NCBI RefSeq assembly: GCF_006345805.1
Contig: NC_043002.1
Location: forward strand, 81,902,001-81,966,000
Length of the DNA stretch: 64,000 bases
Source: Octopus sinensis
Lineage: Eukaryota
Direction: 5' to 3'
Shown: piece after piece, positions 1 to 11,317 of the stretch
Layout: the number at the start of each line of letters is the position of its first letter
How positions within the stretch are numbered: the stretch's first letter is position 1
Made by a program: the position numbers and the translations under genes
The notes under the pieces: model-generated
What the model was told of the DNA's origin: nothing
Database searches by the model: none
What the model saw: only the letters and a program-made list of their open reading frames with translations

Positions 1-1060
1 CTGCAAAGATAGATGAAATGCTGGTAAGGATTTTGCTAGGCATGCTAACGATTCAGCCAACTCACCACCTTAATAATAATAATAATGATAATAATAATGA
101 TAATAGTGGTGGCAAGAGCAGCAGCAATATTAATAACAATATCCTGATTGAAATGTTTCTACCTGAAATATTCATGTATAAATTAAGCTAAACCCAAAAC
201 ACTAGTGAAATTTAATTTGCAGAATAAATATTTTCACTGCTCTTTGACCCATCAAATAATTATCTAGATAATTGCAGAGACAGTTGTAATGTTGTTGTCA
301 GGAATAGTTATTTTGTATTTTATTGGTTCTGAACAGACCTTAATTGTTTTTGTTTTTTTTTTTTTTGTTGTCGTTGTTTCTTATTTTTTATTTTTTATTA
401 ATGTGTGTGTGTGTATGTGTGTGTATTTATGAAGTTTAGATCATATTCAGCCAAAAAAGTATACAGAAACTTGTTTTTGCTTTGATGAAAATTCAATTAT
501 ACCCATGAAATAACACAGATTTACAGTAGGCCAAACATCTTATGAACGAAGAACTTTGATGTATAATAAGATTTCAGTGTTAGTTTGTGCATTTGTTAAT
601 TAAGACTCTATGGTCCAAAAGCCATATGAATTAAGCTGTATTGTATGTAGAACTAAATTCAAAACTGTTCAAATACACACAATGCAAATTGATTTGAAGA
701 TGTGCAATGGTGGTTTAGTGAAATACCGGCGAGTTAAACAAATTTTATAGCTCACACTTTCCAAAGTTAGAGGCATCTTTTTTATCTTTTGCTTGTGTCG
801 GTCATTGAACTGCAGCCATTCTGAGGTACCACTTTGAACAGTTTTTATTTAACAGGACTGATCCCAGTACTTACACTTTTTTCAAAGCCCAATACTTATT
901 CTATTGATATCTCTTTGCCATACTGCTACTTTAAGAGGGTGTAAACAAACAAACACTGGTTGTCATGTGGTGGTGGGGAACAAACACAATCACAAAGATA
1001 CTCATAAATATATACATACATGTATGTGTACATGTATGCGTGTGTGTGTGTATACATATG

Positions 1061-1250
1061 AGGAGAGTTTATGAAAAAAACAACAAAAGACGAAGACAGG
1101 TGGTGTACAAAACAAACAGATGTGTTAGTATAACGCTCAGGAATAGAAAAACTCTTTTATGTTTCGAGCGTACGCTCTTCTACAGAAAGGGACACAGAAA
1201 ACAAGGAGAGAAAAAAAAATGTGTGTAGTGGCTAACAATCTATCATGGCG
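1061..1250 (-). mobile_element. ~190-bp non-autonomous element with hammerhead-like motif, copy 1 (Penelope-associated type, inferred)
   Basis: Colinear and highly similar to 4378-4578 and 60978-61186; lies in the microsatellite of a SINE A copy. Confidence 0.75.
1154..1189 (-). ncRNA. Minimal type-I hammerhead-ribozyme-like motif, degenerate copy
   Basis: Minus strand reads CTTT-CTGTAGA-A-GAGC-GTAC-GCTC-GAAAC-ATA-AAAG; the ACGT of the other copies is ACAT here, as expected from CpG decay. Confidence 0.4.
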
Positions 1251-2271
1251 TGTGGGCTTCTTTCAGTTTTCATCTACCAAATCCACTCACAAGGCTATAA
1301 TTGGCTTGGGCCTATATTAGACAACACTTTTGCAAGATGCCATGCAGTGGAACTGAACCCAGGACTATGTGGTTGGGAAGCAAACTTCTTAGCATACGGT
1401 TACATCTGCTCCCATGTCCAGATTCATTCAGCTTTTCATCTAAACCCAGTCTCATTAAGAGTATATGTATCAGCAAAATATTGTAATAATTATTGTAAAA
1501 CGAGACATTGTCTGTTAGGTCAGGTTCATGGATCAACAGCTAGAGTTAATGTTGCGTATCTTGATCAGAGACAGTCAGATTTACCATTAAACAACGACCT
1601 CCTAAACAATGGGCTTCTAGTCATATTTAAACACCAAAACTGTTTAACTTAGGGGTTTATTTCACCCATTTGTTGGCCAATACCACTTATAAGCAATTAA
1701 AGGGTCATTTAATCTTGTCAATAAACAGGGGCAATGAATTAGCAAGAATCACTGGAGCGACAAAGAAAATGCTTTACGGTGTTTTATTACAAGCCTTTGT
1801 GTTCTGAGATCAAATCCCATTGAGATCAGCTTAGCCTTTCAGCCTTATGGAGTGGTGGTGGGTGTTAAAAATATGTAGCACCTGTCAAGTACTGGGGTGA
1901 ATATAATTTACAGTATCCTGACCTCCAGTCCCCAGTCCCTAAATCTGTAGCCTTGTGTCATTGTTAGAAATCAAGTAGTGATGTTTTCCCTCATCAATGA
2001 TACGGAGCTCTTTGCATTTTCTCAATTGCAAGAAAGCGGAGAAGAGGTGTCACAGGTCATGGGGTGGAAGCGGAGTGGGGGAAGGGAATTTCCTGAAATT
2101 CATATTTATAAATATATGTGCACCTGTTTTGTATATCTTTTATATCTTTTACCTGTTTCAGTCATTAGACTGCGGCCATGCTGGGGCACTTCCTTGAAGA
2201 ATTTTTGTTGAATGAATCAACCCTGGTACTTGACTTTTTAATCCTTTGCCATTCAGATTATTCTGTCAAAT

Positions 2272-2560
2272 ATTCATCATCATTGTTATCCTCATCATTT
2301 AGCGGCTGCTTTCGATGTTGGCATGGGTTAGATGGTTTGGCTAAAACTGATAAGCTGGAGAGCTGTATCAGATTCCAGTCTGATTTGTTATGGTTTCTAT
2401 GGCTGGATGTCCTTCCTAACACTAAGTGTGTAATGGGTGCTTTTTATGTGCCACCAGCATGGGTGCCAACATCAGTCACAACTACGATTTCAATTTCACT
2501 TGGCTTGACAAGTCTTCTGAAGCACAGCATATCCCTAAAGATCTCGGTCACTTATCACGT
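2272..2560 (-). mobile_element. SINE family C (GGAAGGGCATCC block, (GAT)n tail)
   Basis: Reverse-complement match to plus copies at 4588-4850 and 22620-22892; begins with the (CAT)n tail. Confidence 0.7.
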
Positions 2561-2745
2561 ATCTATTTATTCGCATTGTTTTGAATTAATCATGCATTAT
2601 CCTGTAGCTTCAAGATTTCGATGATGTAAGAGTTTATTTTTAGAATGACATTGTAGGGTAGGTGTGAGAGGCCAGATTTGACCAGTTTGAACATAAAGCA
2701 GGTAAAATATTTTGGCAAGATATAGCTGGTTTAACTGCTAGAGGG
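2561..2745 (-). mobile_element. TTAA-type (piggyBac-like) MITE family P1, partial
   Basis: Ends in AGGG|TTAA and matches the reverse complement of the intact copy at 47136-47357. Confidence 0.7.
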
Positions 2746-3318
2746 TTAAAGCCTGGTACATATTCTGTTTGTCTCTTTTGCTGAACTGCTAAGTGACAGT
2801 GGTATAAACACACCAACACTAGACAAGGAGGCACTCACACACACTATGAGTTTCTTTCTGTTTCTGTCTACTAAATTCACTCACAAAGCTTTAATTGGCC
2901 CAGGTGCCATGCAGTAGGACTGAATCCAGAACCATATGGTTGGGAAGCAAGCTTCTTACCACAGAGCCACACCTGTGCATATTATGTGCAATTGATTGAT
3001 ATTAATATGTTTTACCAAATAGCACAATTGCAATGAGCAGAAATATTAATGAGATAGCAAAAAAAAAAAAAAAAATTTGCCTAACCAAAGAGATTTACCT
3101 CATCAGCTGTCATAATTCCTCAGCTAATTCTTTAAAAACAACAATCAGTTCAGTTTAAATGCTAAGTGAAGACCAAGAGGCTGCATTATCTTTAACAGCC
3201 ACTTTGTATGAAAGCCATTAATACTGTTGTAATAGCAATGGATTGTCTGAATGTCTTGTGGCATTATTAATTTCTGCAGATCTTTACATTGCAGGTTCAA
3301 ATGCATTCCTTCTATATT

Positions 3319-3533
3319 CTTTTCTACTCTAGACCCAAGGCCTGAAATTTTTGGGGAGGGGGCTAGTCGATTACATCGACCCCAGTACACAACTGGTACT
3401 TAATTTATCGACCCCGAAAGGATGAAAGGTAAAGTCGACCTTGGCTGAATTTGAACTCAGAACGTAAAGACAGACAAAATACTGCTAAGTGTTTCGCCCA
3501 GCATGCTAACGTTTCTCCAGCTCGCCGCCTTTA
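3319..3533 (-). mobile_element. SINE family B, B2 tail, with 15-bp TSD
   Basis: CATTCCTTCTATATT is duplicated at 3304-3318 and 3534-3548. Core GGTCGACTTTGCCTTTCATCCTTTCGGGGTCGATAAATTAAGTACCAG resembles, from memory, the Deu/Nin-type SINE central domain. Confidence 0.9.
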
Positions 3534-3594
3534 CATTCCTTCTATATTATATTAACATATAAAGTCCCTTCTTTCAGAATTTGGCATCAACTTC

Positions 3595-3633
<39 letters not shown>

Positions 3634-4338
3634 TTACACATACACACACACACACACACATATAATAATGAACTCTCCTGTCATTAGATGAGGTATGAGG
3701 GTTCGACAATTTCTTGCTGAACAACCACACAGATGATTTGTTTATAGTGATCAAATGTTTGTGTGCATATAAGCTCACTCCCTCCATCAGATCAACAATA
3801 CCTGTACAGGTGCAATGGGCGCCACATGTCAGATGACGAAATGATCGCAGAGCAGTATGAAATAAAGTGCTTTGACAAGAACACAATGCAATGCCCGGTA
3901 AGGTGGTAAGCTGGCTACATCAGGTAAAATGCTGGACAGTATTTCATCCATCTTTACATTCTGAGTTCAAATTACACTGGGGTCAGCTTTACTTTTCCTC
4001 CTGTTGGGGATCAATAAAATAAAGCAGCACTGGGATTGATGTATTTGACTTACCCCTGCCCTCAAAATGACTGGCCTTGTGTCAAAATCTGAAATCAGGA
4101 TTGTAATAATTGTATCAATAATAATTAAAAGCACCAAGCTGGCAGAATTGTTACCACGTTAGGTAAAATGCTTTATAACATTTCATCTATCTTTACATTC
4201 TAAGTTCAAATTCCGCTGAGGATAGTAGTTGCATATCTTCAGACTACTCTAATTATAAACAAACTGTTGTTATTGTTTAACCCTGATTAAGGAGACCCAC
4301 CTCTCTCTCTCTTTTTCATGCACAATAAATAAATAAAT

Positions 4339-4377
<39 letters not shown>

Positions 4378-4381
<4 letters not shown>

Positions 4382-4578
4382 GGAAAGTTTATGAAAATAA
4401 ACAAAAGATGAAGGCAGGTGGTGTACAAACAAACAGATGTATTAGAATAGCGCTCAGGAATAGAAAAAGTCTTTTACGTTTCGAGCCTACACTCTTCTAC
4501 AGAAAGGTACACAGAAAAAACAAGGAGAGAAAAAAATGTGTGTAGTAGCTAACGATCTATCATGGCGTCTGACTCGGA
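4378..4578 (-). mobile_element. ~190-bp element with hammerhead-like motif, copy 2
   Basis: Colinear with copies 1 and 3; abuts a (TA)n tract at ~4335-4377. Confidence 0.8.
4471..4506 (-). ncRNA. Minimal type-I hammerhead-ribozyme-like motif (U6 variant)
   Basis: Minus strand reads CTTT-CTGTAGA-A-GAGT-GTAG-GCTC-GAAAC-GTA-AAAG: stem I CTTT/AAAG, stem II GAGT/GCTC (one G-U pair), palindromic ACGT stem III, GUA triplet. Confidence 0.5.
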
Positions 4579-4587
4579 CATATATAT

Positions 4588-4850
4588 AGGACTGAAAAGC
4601 ATCCAGTCCACACTGTAAAATGTTTGGCATTCCGAAGGGTATCCAGCTGTAAAAACCTCGCCAAAACTGACCTTGCCTGTGCTTGTGCTACGTAGCTGAG
4701 TGGTTGGTGTTATGAAGAGCATACAGCTGTAAAAATCCTGCTGAAACAGTTACAGAAGTCTGGTGCAGGCTCCTGCTTGGTTAACTCCTGGCAAACCATC
4801 CCACCCATGCCAGCATGGAAGGTGGACGTTAAACGATGATGATGATGATG
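4588..4850 (+). mobile_element. SINE family C
   Basis: GAAGGGTATCCAGCTGTA block and 3' end CCCATGCCAGCATGGAAGGTGGACGTTAAAC followed by (GAT)n. Confidence 0.75.
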
Positions 4851-5201
4851 GTGATATTAACAAAAGTTTCCATCCCTGTAGTGTGTGTGATATAAAGGAG
4901 ATATGATTGCTCTCTTTAGCAAGTTGACTGGTCACAAAGGTGCTCTCATTTCAGCTCATTAAGCATTTTGCAATTCCTGTTCATGGATTTAAAGAAAAAA
5001 AAAACTTTTTTTTAAATATTTATTTATTTATTTATTTTTGCTGTTGCAGAGTAGCAAAGGTTTTGATTCTAAATTATTTATTTAACTGTAATACCTGCTC
5101 TATTTGGGTAATGAATGTAGTAGAAGAAAAAGTAGATTAATCTCTCCCCCCCCCTCTCCGTCTCCCCACAGATTTTTTTTTATTACTACCCAGCTATTAA
5201 T

Positions 5202-5603
5202 CATGTATCCCTGCCCCGTAAAATTCTGTTGACTGTTCTTTGAGCCACTTCTTCACTACAGTTTTCACTTCCTCGTCACTGGAATAATGTTTGCCTCTCA
5301 AACCCTTTTTCATGGGGCCGAAGAGATGATAGTCTGAAGGTGCTAAATTATTCCAGCGACGAGGAAGTGAAAACTGTAGTGAAGAAGTGGCTCAAAGAAC
5401 AGTCAACAGAATTTTACAGAGCAGGGATACATGCTCTCATTCGAAGGTGAAACATTGCTATTGAGAGAAACGGTGACTATGTTGAGAAGTAGGGATGTGA
5501 TCCACAGAGGACCAGCTTCATTTTGATGTATGATAAATGTTCCTGTGTTGGTAATCGTACCTGTCCTAAACAAAATGGCATTACGTTTTGACTCACCCTC
5601 GTA
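5202..5603 (+). pseudogene. Mariner (Tc1/mariner) transposase 3' remnant with inverted duplication and 3' TIR
   Basis: Minus 5346->5202 translates LAPSDYHLFGPMKKGLRGKHYSSDEEVKTVVKKWLKEQSTEFYGAGIH (mariner YSPDLAPSD motif). Plus 5350-> translates YSSDEEVKTVVKKWLKEQSTEFYRAGIHALIRR*NIAIERNGDYVEK*. Ends in TIR-like TTTTGACTCACCCTCG+TA. Confidence 0.9.
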
Positions 5604-5624
5604 TCTTTTGTCTCAAGTTCCCCT

Positions 5625-5800
5625 TGAGCACTTCACATCACTGGGTTTGTCCATATTACTCTGTAAAGGGCACAGGGTCAGTTTCCTAGTTTCTCCGGTG
5701 TATATACTCCTTCCTGGAGAGGATGCTGGTCCATTGTAGGATTACTCATTTTTACCAGCTGAGTGGATAGGAGCAATGAGAAAGGGAGTGTTTTGTAATA
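5625..5800 (-). mobile_element. SINE family D fragment
   Basis: Reverse complement contains CACTCAGCTGGTAAAAATGAG...ATGGACCAGCATCCTCTCCAGG, similar to the body of the copy at 12046-12530. Confidence 0.5.
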
Positions 5801-5859
5801 TATTTTGGGTTTGAGTCAACTGATTTGGCTTCCACTCATATAATCGGGCATCTTTATCA

Positions 5860-6310
5860 TCATCATTATTTAAAGGCTTCCTTCCATGCTAGCATGGCCT
5901 GGATGGTTTGACAGGAGCTCACAAATCAGAGGACTGTGATAAGTTCCAGTGTCTGCTTTGGTATAGTTGCTACAATTGGATGCCTTTCCTAACGCTGACC
6001 GTTGTACCAAGTGTCCTGGGTAATTTTTACATAGCATGAGCAGCTTTGAGGTCACCGAGTAACTTGCAAGACAAGACTCCCCCTCAACTGAAAAAGGGTG
6101 TAGTAGTGAAGGAGGTGGCTTTGTATCAGATCATGAGAAGTTAGAATATAAATAGAGGGACAGAAATAGGTGTCTGGCTGTGGAGGTGATACATGGCGAC
6201 CTCAGTTGGAGAAAGTGAAAAGGAGAGAGAGTAATATGTGATAAGGCATACACTCTAATTACAGAGAGCTGCTATGTGTAAGTGACGTGGAACCAGGGAT
6301 TGGACAGGGT
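5860..6310 (-). mobile_element. SINE family C, longer degraded copy
   Basis: (CAT)n tail then TTCCATGCTAGCATGG...GGATGCCTTTCCTAACGC; the right-hand boundary is approximate. Confidence 0.6.
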
Positions 6311-7140
6311 GAGTAGATAGATAGATGGATGGATGGATAGATACTATAAAATATTCTATTTTCTTATACTATGAAATATAATGCAATTGGTTCTTAATGC
6401 AACTACTGAAGGAAAAAAAAAGTTAGATGTTTGGTGTGTTTTTTTGCTCTCCACTTTTTCTTTGTACAATGTTTGTGACATTGCTACTAACTTTTTTTTA
6501 AATAAGTGTGTAAACACAAATGTGCACAGCTCTCTCTCTCTCTCTCTCTTTCCCTCCCTCCCTCCCTCATGCACACACACACATTATTGTGAAAGAATCC
6601 CTCCCCCATTTCAATCTTTCACTCTTGAAGTATCTCTAATGACCATGAGCTAATGGACATGTTTCTCTTGTAATTGATAACATTTTCTCCAAACCTATTT
6701 TTCTTCATTAATTTTTCTTCATTTTCATTTCTTCATCATCATCATCATCATCGTCATATTATTATTATTATTATTATTATTTAAAAAAAAAATAAAAGCA
6801 AATTTTATAACAGTTGAGATGTGAGTTTCAAATAGGTAAAAATTTAGCTTCTCGTATTTGGCTACGCTTTTGATGTGTACACCATATCTAGCTTGTAGAT
6901 CAAAGGCACTAACAGCCCTTTCATCTCTTGTTGTTGGCAGCTTCTGCTCTTCATCAGTAGCTTATAGAAATGGATGAGTGCTGTTTACATAAGAAGTAGG
7001 CACGCACACACACACATACACACACACAGGTGCATTCTTAATGATAAGGATTCATTTCAGTCTTAATACTTAATGTGATTCATTTTTCTCCAATAGGTTT
7101 CTAACGATTCCTCTACCAGGTTGTTGGTTTACAAAGTTAC

Positions 7141-7199
7141 CTTGTTCACTTTGGCCCTCACATCAATTTGACTTCTTCACTGTTGTAGCAGCTTTTCAA
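7141..7199 (-). other. Candidate 59-nt non-coding exon
   Basis: Minus-strand acceptor ttgctctttcag and donor AAG|gtaact; stop codons in all three frames. Confidence 0.25.
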
Positions 7200-7285
7200 C
7201 TGAAAGAGCAATCTTCAAGATTTAAATGATAATTAGAAATAGTTTTTCTGTTTTGTTTATTGATTTCTCCTTCTTCTCCGTCATC

Positions 7286-7322
<37 letters not shown>

Positions 7323-8053
7323 CGTAAAAATCTGAATATGGAAAGATGGAAGAATCTCTTTCTCTCCCTCTTCCCCTCTCTCTCTCTCTCTTTCTCCCAT
7401 CCTCCCCACTCCTCCTCTCTTAATATCTTTTTCTTGTCTCTTTGCTGATAGTAATAAGAGAGTTGCTTCCATTAATTATGGTGTATAGTTAAAAGATTAG
7501 TATTTCACAAAGTTAGCAAGATTTTAATCTCTTTGACAATACACATTGCAGTTTCTCTCTCTCTCTCTCTCTCTCTCTCATAGCATCTTCATTCTCCAGA
7601 TCACCACTGAAGTGGAAAGAATTTTATTATCAGCAGAGGCAATTTATTTCTAAAATGCTCCTAGTTACATCAAGGCAATATTTTTGCCTTGAGATAACTG
7701 AGAATATTCTGGAAATAAATCTCTGTTTTTAATTGATCTTATCACAAATGATTAACAGTTGAATTGCATCATTTTTTGTTTTGTTTTTTTTTGTCTTTAA
7801 ATAATTTTAAAACTAATATTCTTGGTATATAATTTTGTTGTTTAATAATGCAACTAACAGATTACTAACACAAGAATTTTGTATTTCTTTTACTTTTATT
7901 ATCCTTCTCTTCTAAAAGAGGCCATATTTGATATTGAGTAGATCTTTTTATTTAAAGTTAGTTCTGATTTCCGTCCCTTAAGTTTTCAGCTGTAGTCAGA
8001 TTTGAGTATCTGATTAATAATTTGTAAATGATGATGATAATAATAATAATAAT

Positions 8054-8752
8054 AATAATAATAATCCTTTCTACTGGAAGCACAAGGCCACATATGTGGG
8101 AGAAGGAATTAAGTCGATTGCATCAGCCCCAGTTTGTAACTGGTACTTATTTAATCAACCCCCAAAAGGATAAAAGGCAAAGTCGACCTCAGTGGAATTT
8201 GAACTCAGAACATAACAGCAAACGAAATACCGCTATTTCGCCTGGGGTGCTAATGATTCTGCCAGCTCACTGCCTTAATAACAACAACAACAACGTCTTT
8301 AGCCCTTTAATAACAATAATGGTGATGGTTTCAAATTTTTGGTACATGACCAGCAAGTTTGGGAGAGAAGTAAGCCAATTATATTGATCCTGGTACTCAG
8401 CTGGTACTTATTTTATTGACCCTGAAAGGATGAAAGACAAAGTCAGTCGTGGCAGAATTTGAACTCAAAGCATAAAGATGAAGGAAATGCTGCTACGTAT
8501 TTTATCTTATCTGGTTTGCTAATGACTCTTCTAATAACGGTTTGAAATCTGGGCACACAGCCAGCAATTTCGAGAAGGGGCTAAGTCAGTTATATCGACC
8601 CCAGTGCTCAACTGGTACTTAATTTATCGACCCCGAAAGGGATGAAAGGCAAAATCGACCTTGGTGGAATTTGATCTCAGAATGCAGAGATGGTTGAAAT
8701 GCCACTAAGCATTTTGCCTGGTGTGCTGTCAATTCTACCAACTCACCATCTT
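8054..8752 (-). mobile_element. Three tandem SINE family B copies
   Basis: Three successive reverse-orientation B cores (~8054-8276, ~8317-8530, ~8533-8752), the first with an (ATT)n-type tail. Confidence 0.85.
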
Positions 8753-9823
8753 GATGATGGTGACGATGATAACTTGTCGATTTCAATGTATGAGTGTTTG
8801 AAAGAAAGGATTAAATTTTTAAAAATAATAATAATAATTAAGGATTAAAAATGAAAGAAGTTGCATCTATTTGCGATGGATACATGAATGCAATTCGAGT
8901 CCAGGTATGGATTTTGATATTAAATCACAATAGGGCTGGGGATGATGTTGATGATAGATGATAGATGAAACATTTTTTACATTAAATATTTATGAACTTG
9001 TTCTGTTCGATAGTAAAAGTTTTGACTTCCACAAACTGCGTCATTGCTGCTATTGTTTGTTGTTGAGTTTCACACATTTGACCTTGTTGTAATTAAATGT
9101 ATTGCAACCTTGACTTTTCTGTTTATTTTATTTTGTTAAATTTGTTTTTAATGGTGTATCTAGGAGCACACACCATCTAGTGTCCTTTTTTCTTGGTTGA
9201 TAAAGTCAGTTGGGGCGTTATTAAAGAGAGATTTGGTTGATGTTTTTAGTATTTTTAACGACGACATACAGGCTCCTGGTAACGGTTGTGGTGGTGATTA
9301 CTGTGGGGGATGGGTAGAGGTGGCTGTTTCATTGCATTGGGTTTTCATTGGACAAAAACTAGCTAGCTTCTCATTAGTGTCACTCTGTATGATATTTCCT
9401 GCACTTCAGCCAAACGAGCTATTGGGGCCGTATTGACCGAGCTTTCTATTTTTATATTTTAGGGATCAAATTTTTTTTTTTATTCCATTTTCTTTCTTGT
9501 TGTCATTTAATCTTTTTTTTTTTATAGTTTTGCATTTTTTGCCCCCTCCCCCCAACAAACTCTTCTTTTAAGAGCAACTATTACTTAATATAATATATTA
9601 TTATTATTATTTTATTATTAGTAGTCTGACTTACTGCTCATGTTGTGGTCTACTGTTTTGTTTTGTTTTCAATCTTTATTCATTTCGTAATGGTCAGACC
9701 AATTACAGTATTTGTTTATTGGGAGTCGTTCACGTGTGTGTGTGTGTGTGTCTTTGCTGCTAGTGTTTAGTTTATTAAAAGTGCAGTATTGCCCAGGCTC
9801 AGCATCCGTTTCTCATTATTATT

Positions 9824-10318
9824 AAGGCAGTAGTGAGCTGGCAGAATTGTTCATTAAGTACACGGGACCAAATGCTTAGCGGTATTTCGCCGGTCTTAAC
9901 GTTCTGAGTTCGAATTCCGACGTGATCGACTTCGCTTTTCACCTTTTTGGGGTCGATAAAATAGTACTCGTTGAGCACTGGGGATCGATGTAATCGACTA
10001 GCTTTCTCCCACACAATTCCAGACCTTGTGCCTATAGTAGAAAGGATTATTATAATTCTGGTAAAGATGGCCCGAGTGAACGGGCCTGCTCTATTATTAT
10101 TATTATTATTATTATTATTTAGGCGGCGAGATGGCAGAATCGTTTGCGCTCTGGACAAAATGCTTAGCAGTATTTCATCCGTCTTTGTGTTCTGAGTTTA
10201 AATTCCGCCGAGGTCGACTTCGCCTTTCATCCTTTCGGGGTCAATGAATTAAGTAACAGTGAAACACTGGGGTCGATATAATCGACTAGTCTCCTTGTGC
10301 CTCTAGTAGAAAGGATCA
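9824..10318 (+). mobile_element. Two tandem SINE family B (B2 tail) copies, CpG-rich
   Basis: Heads AGGC(A/G)G..GAGCTGGCAGAAT at ~9824 and ~10121; tails GTAGAAAGGAT(T/C) plus triplet repeats. Confidence 0.9.
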
Positions 10319-10361
10319 TCATCATCATCATCATCATCATCGTCGTCGTCGTCTCTTGTAG

Positions 10362-10543
10362 GCTACTTCGTTTAAGCTTCTGTCAGTGAGAAGAGGAAGT
10401 TATACTAATAGTGGAGTAAAGACCAATTCTGAGGACTTGAGGAAACTTGTTGAATCCACTTTTCAAAGAGCTGCTCCACACAATTATAGATATCAAAAGA
10501 TTTTTTAGAAGTGGCACTCAACCAATATGCTTAGAATGTCTTC
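10362..10543 (+). other. Candidate exon (non-coding or terminal)
   Basis: Acceptor tctcttgtag and donor TTC|gtaaga. Frame 0 reads ATSFKLLSVRRGSYTNSGVKTNSEDLRKLVESTFQRAAPHNYRYQKIF*; no family recognised. Confidence 0.2.
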
Positions 10544-11317
10544 GTAAGAAATTTGCCACAGCCATTTATGGAGAGGAGAAAACGCTAGTAGTGCTGTTGA
10601 TTTGAATAACAATTCTTTCTGCATGTAAATAATCTTCCCTTATCTCCACCCTCTTGTCTTGTTATGTATGTGTTCTATTATAACCACTTAAGCTTCGTTA
10701 CAGTTAGTTTTGTTGGTATTAATTTGTGCAGTCTACTATAGCAAGCCACTGATTGGACGGGACGTAACTACCGCCTACACATTTTGCTTTATCAATATCC
10801 ATTCTTAAGACACTGACATTTTGGTACAAATATGCTGTTGAAATTTCAATGATTTTTTACCAACTCATACTTTGTGTGTTTGTTTTTTTGTTACTGTTTT
10901 TTAGCCTCAGGTCATCCTTGATTGAATATACCTATGGTCAAAGGCAATCCAGCAAAAGACCGTCTCGTTATTTTAATGCTATGTGGGTCTACATAATCTA
11001 AGGCCTCATATGGTGGGTTGGAAGGAAGTTTTGATATTTGTCAGTTTGACCTACCACATAACGATTCCCTCATTGGTTCGTATGTGTGTGTGAGGGAGGA
11101 AGAGAGAGAGAGAGAAGCATTGATTGTGCATTCATTTTTTCTCTTCTCTTTGTTTCACTTCTCTGCTTTTCCTTGACGAAGGAGAACTGCCCGAAATGTC
11201 GATTACTCCTTGCTTTCTGTTTGTTCTTTACAATAATAAACTATTACTATATACTATATAATCTTTGTGTGTTTATCGTGAAGCTGGAACTCCGCACTGA
11301 CCTTTTAAACAACTTAC

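Larger units (their letters stand above)
782..1411 (-). mobile_element. SINE family A (tRNA-type head, internal microsatellite, 3' module), old copy split by an inserted element
   Basis: 3' module at ~782-1058 and head at ~1251-1411 match, in reverse complement, the near-intact copies at 23374-23750 and 30596-30980. Confidence 0.8.
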
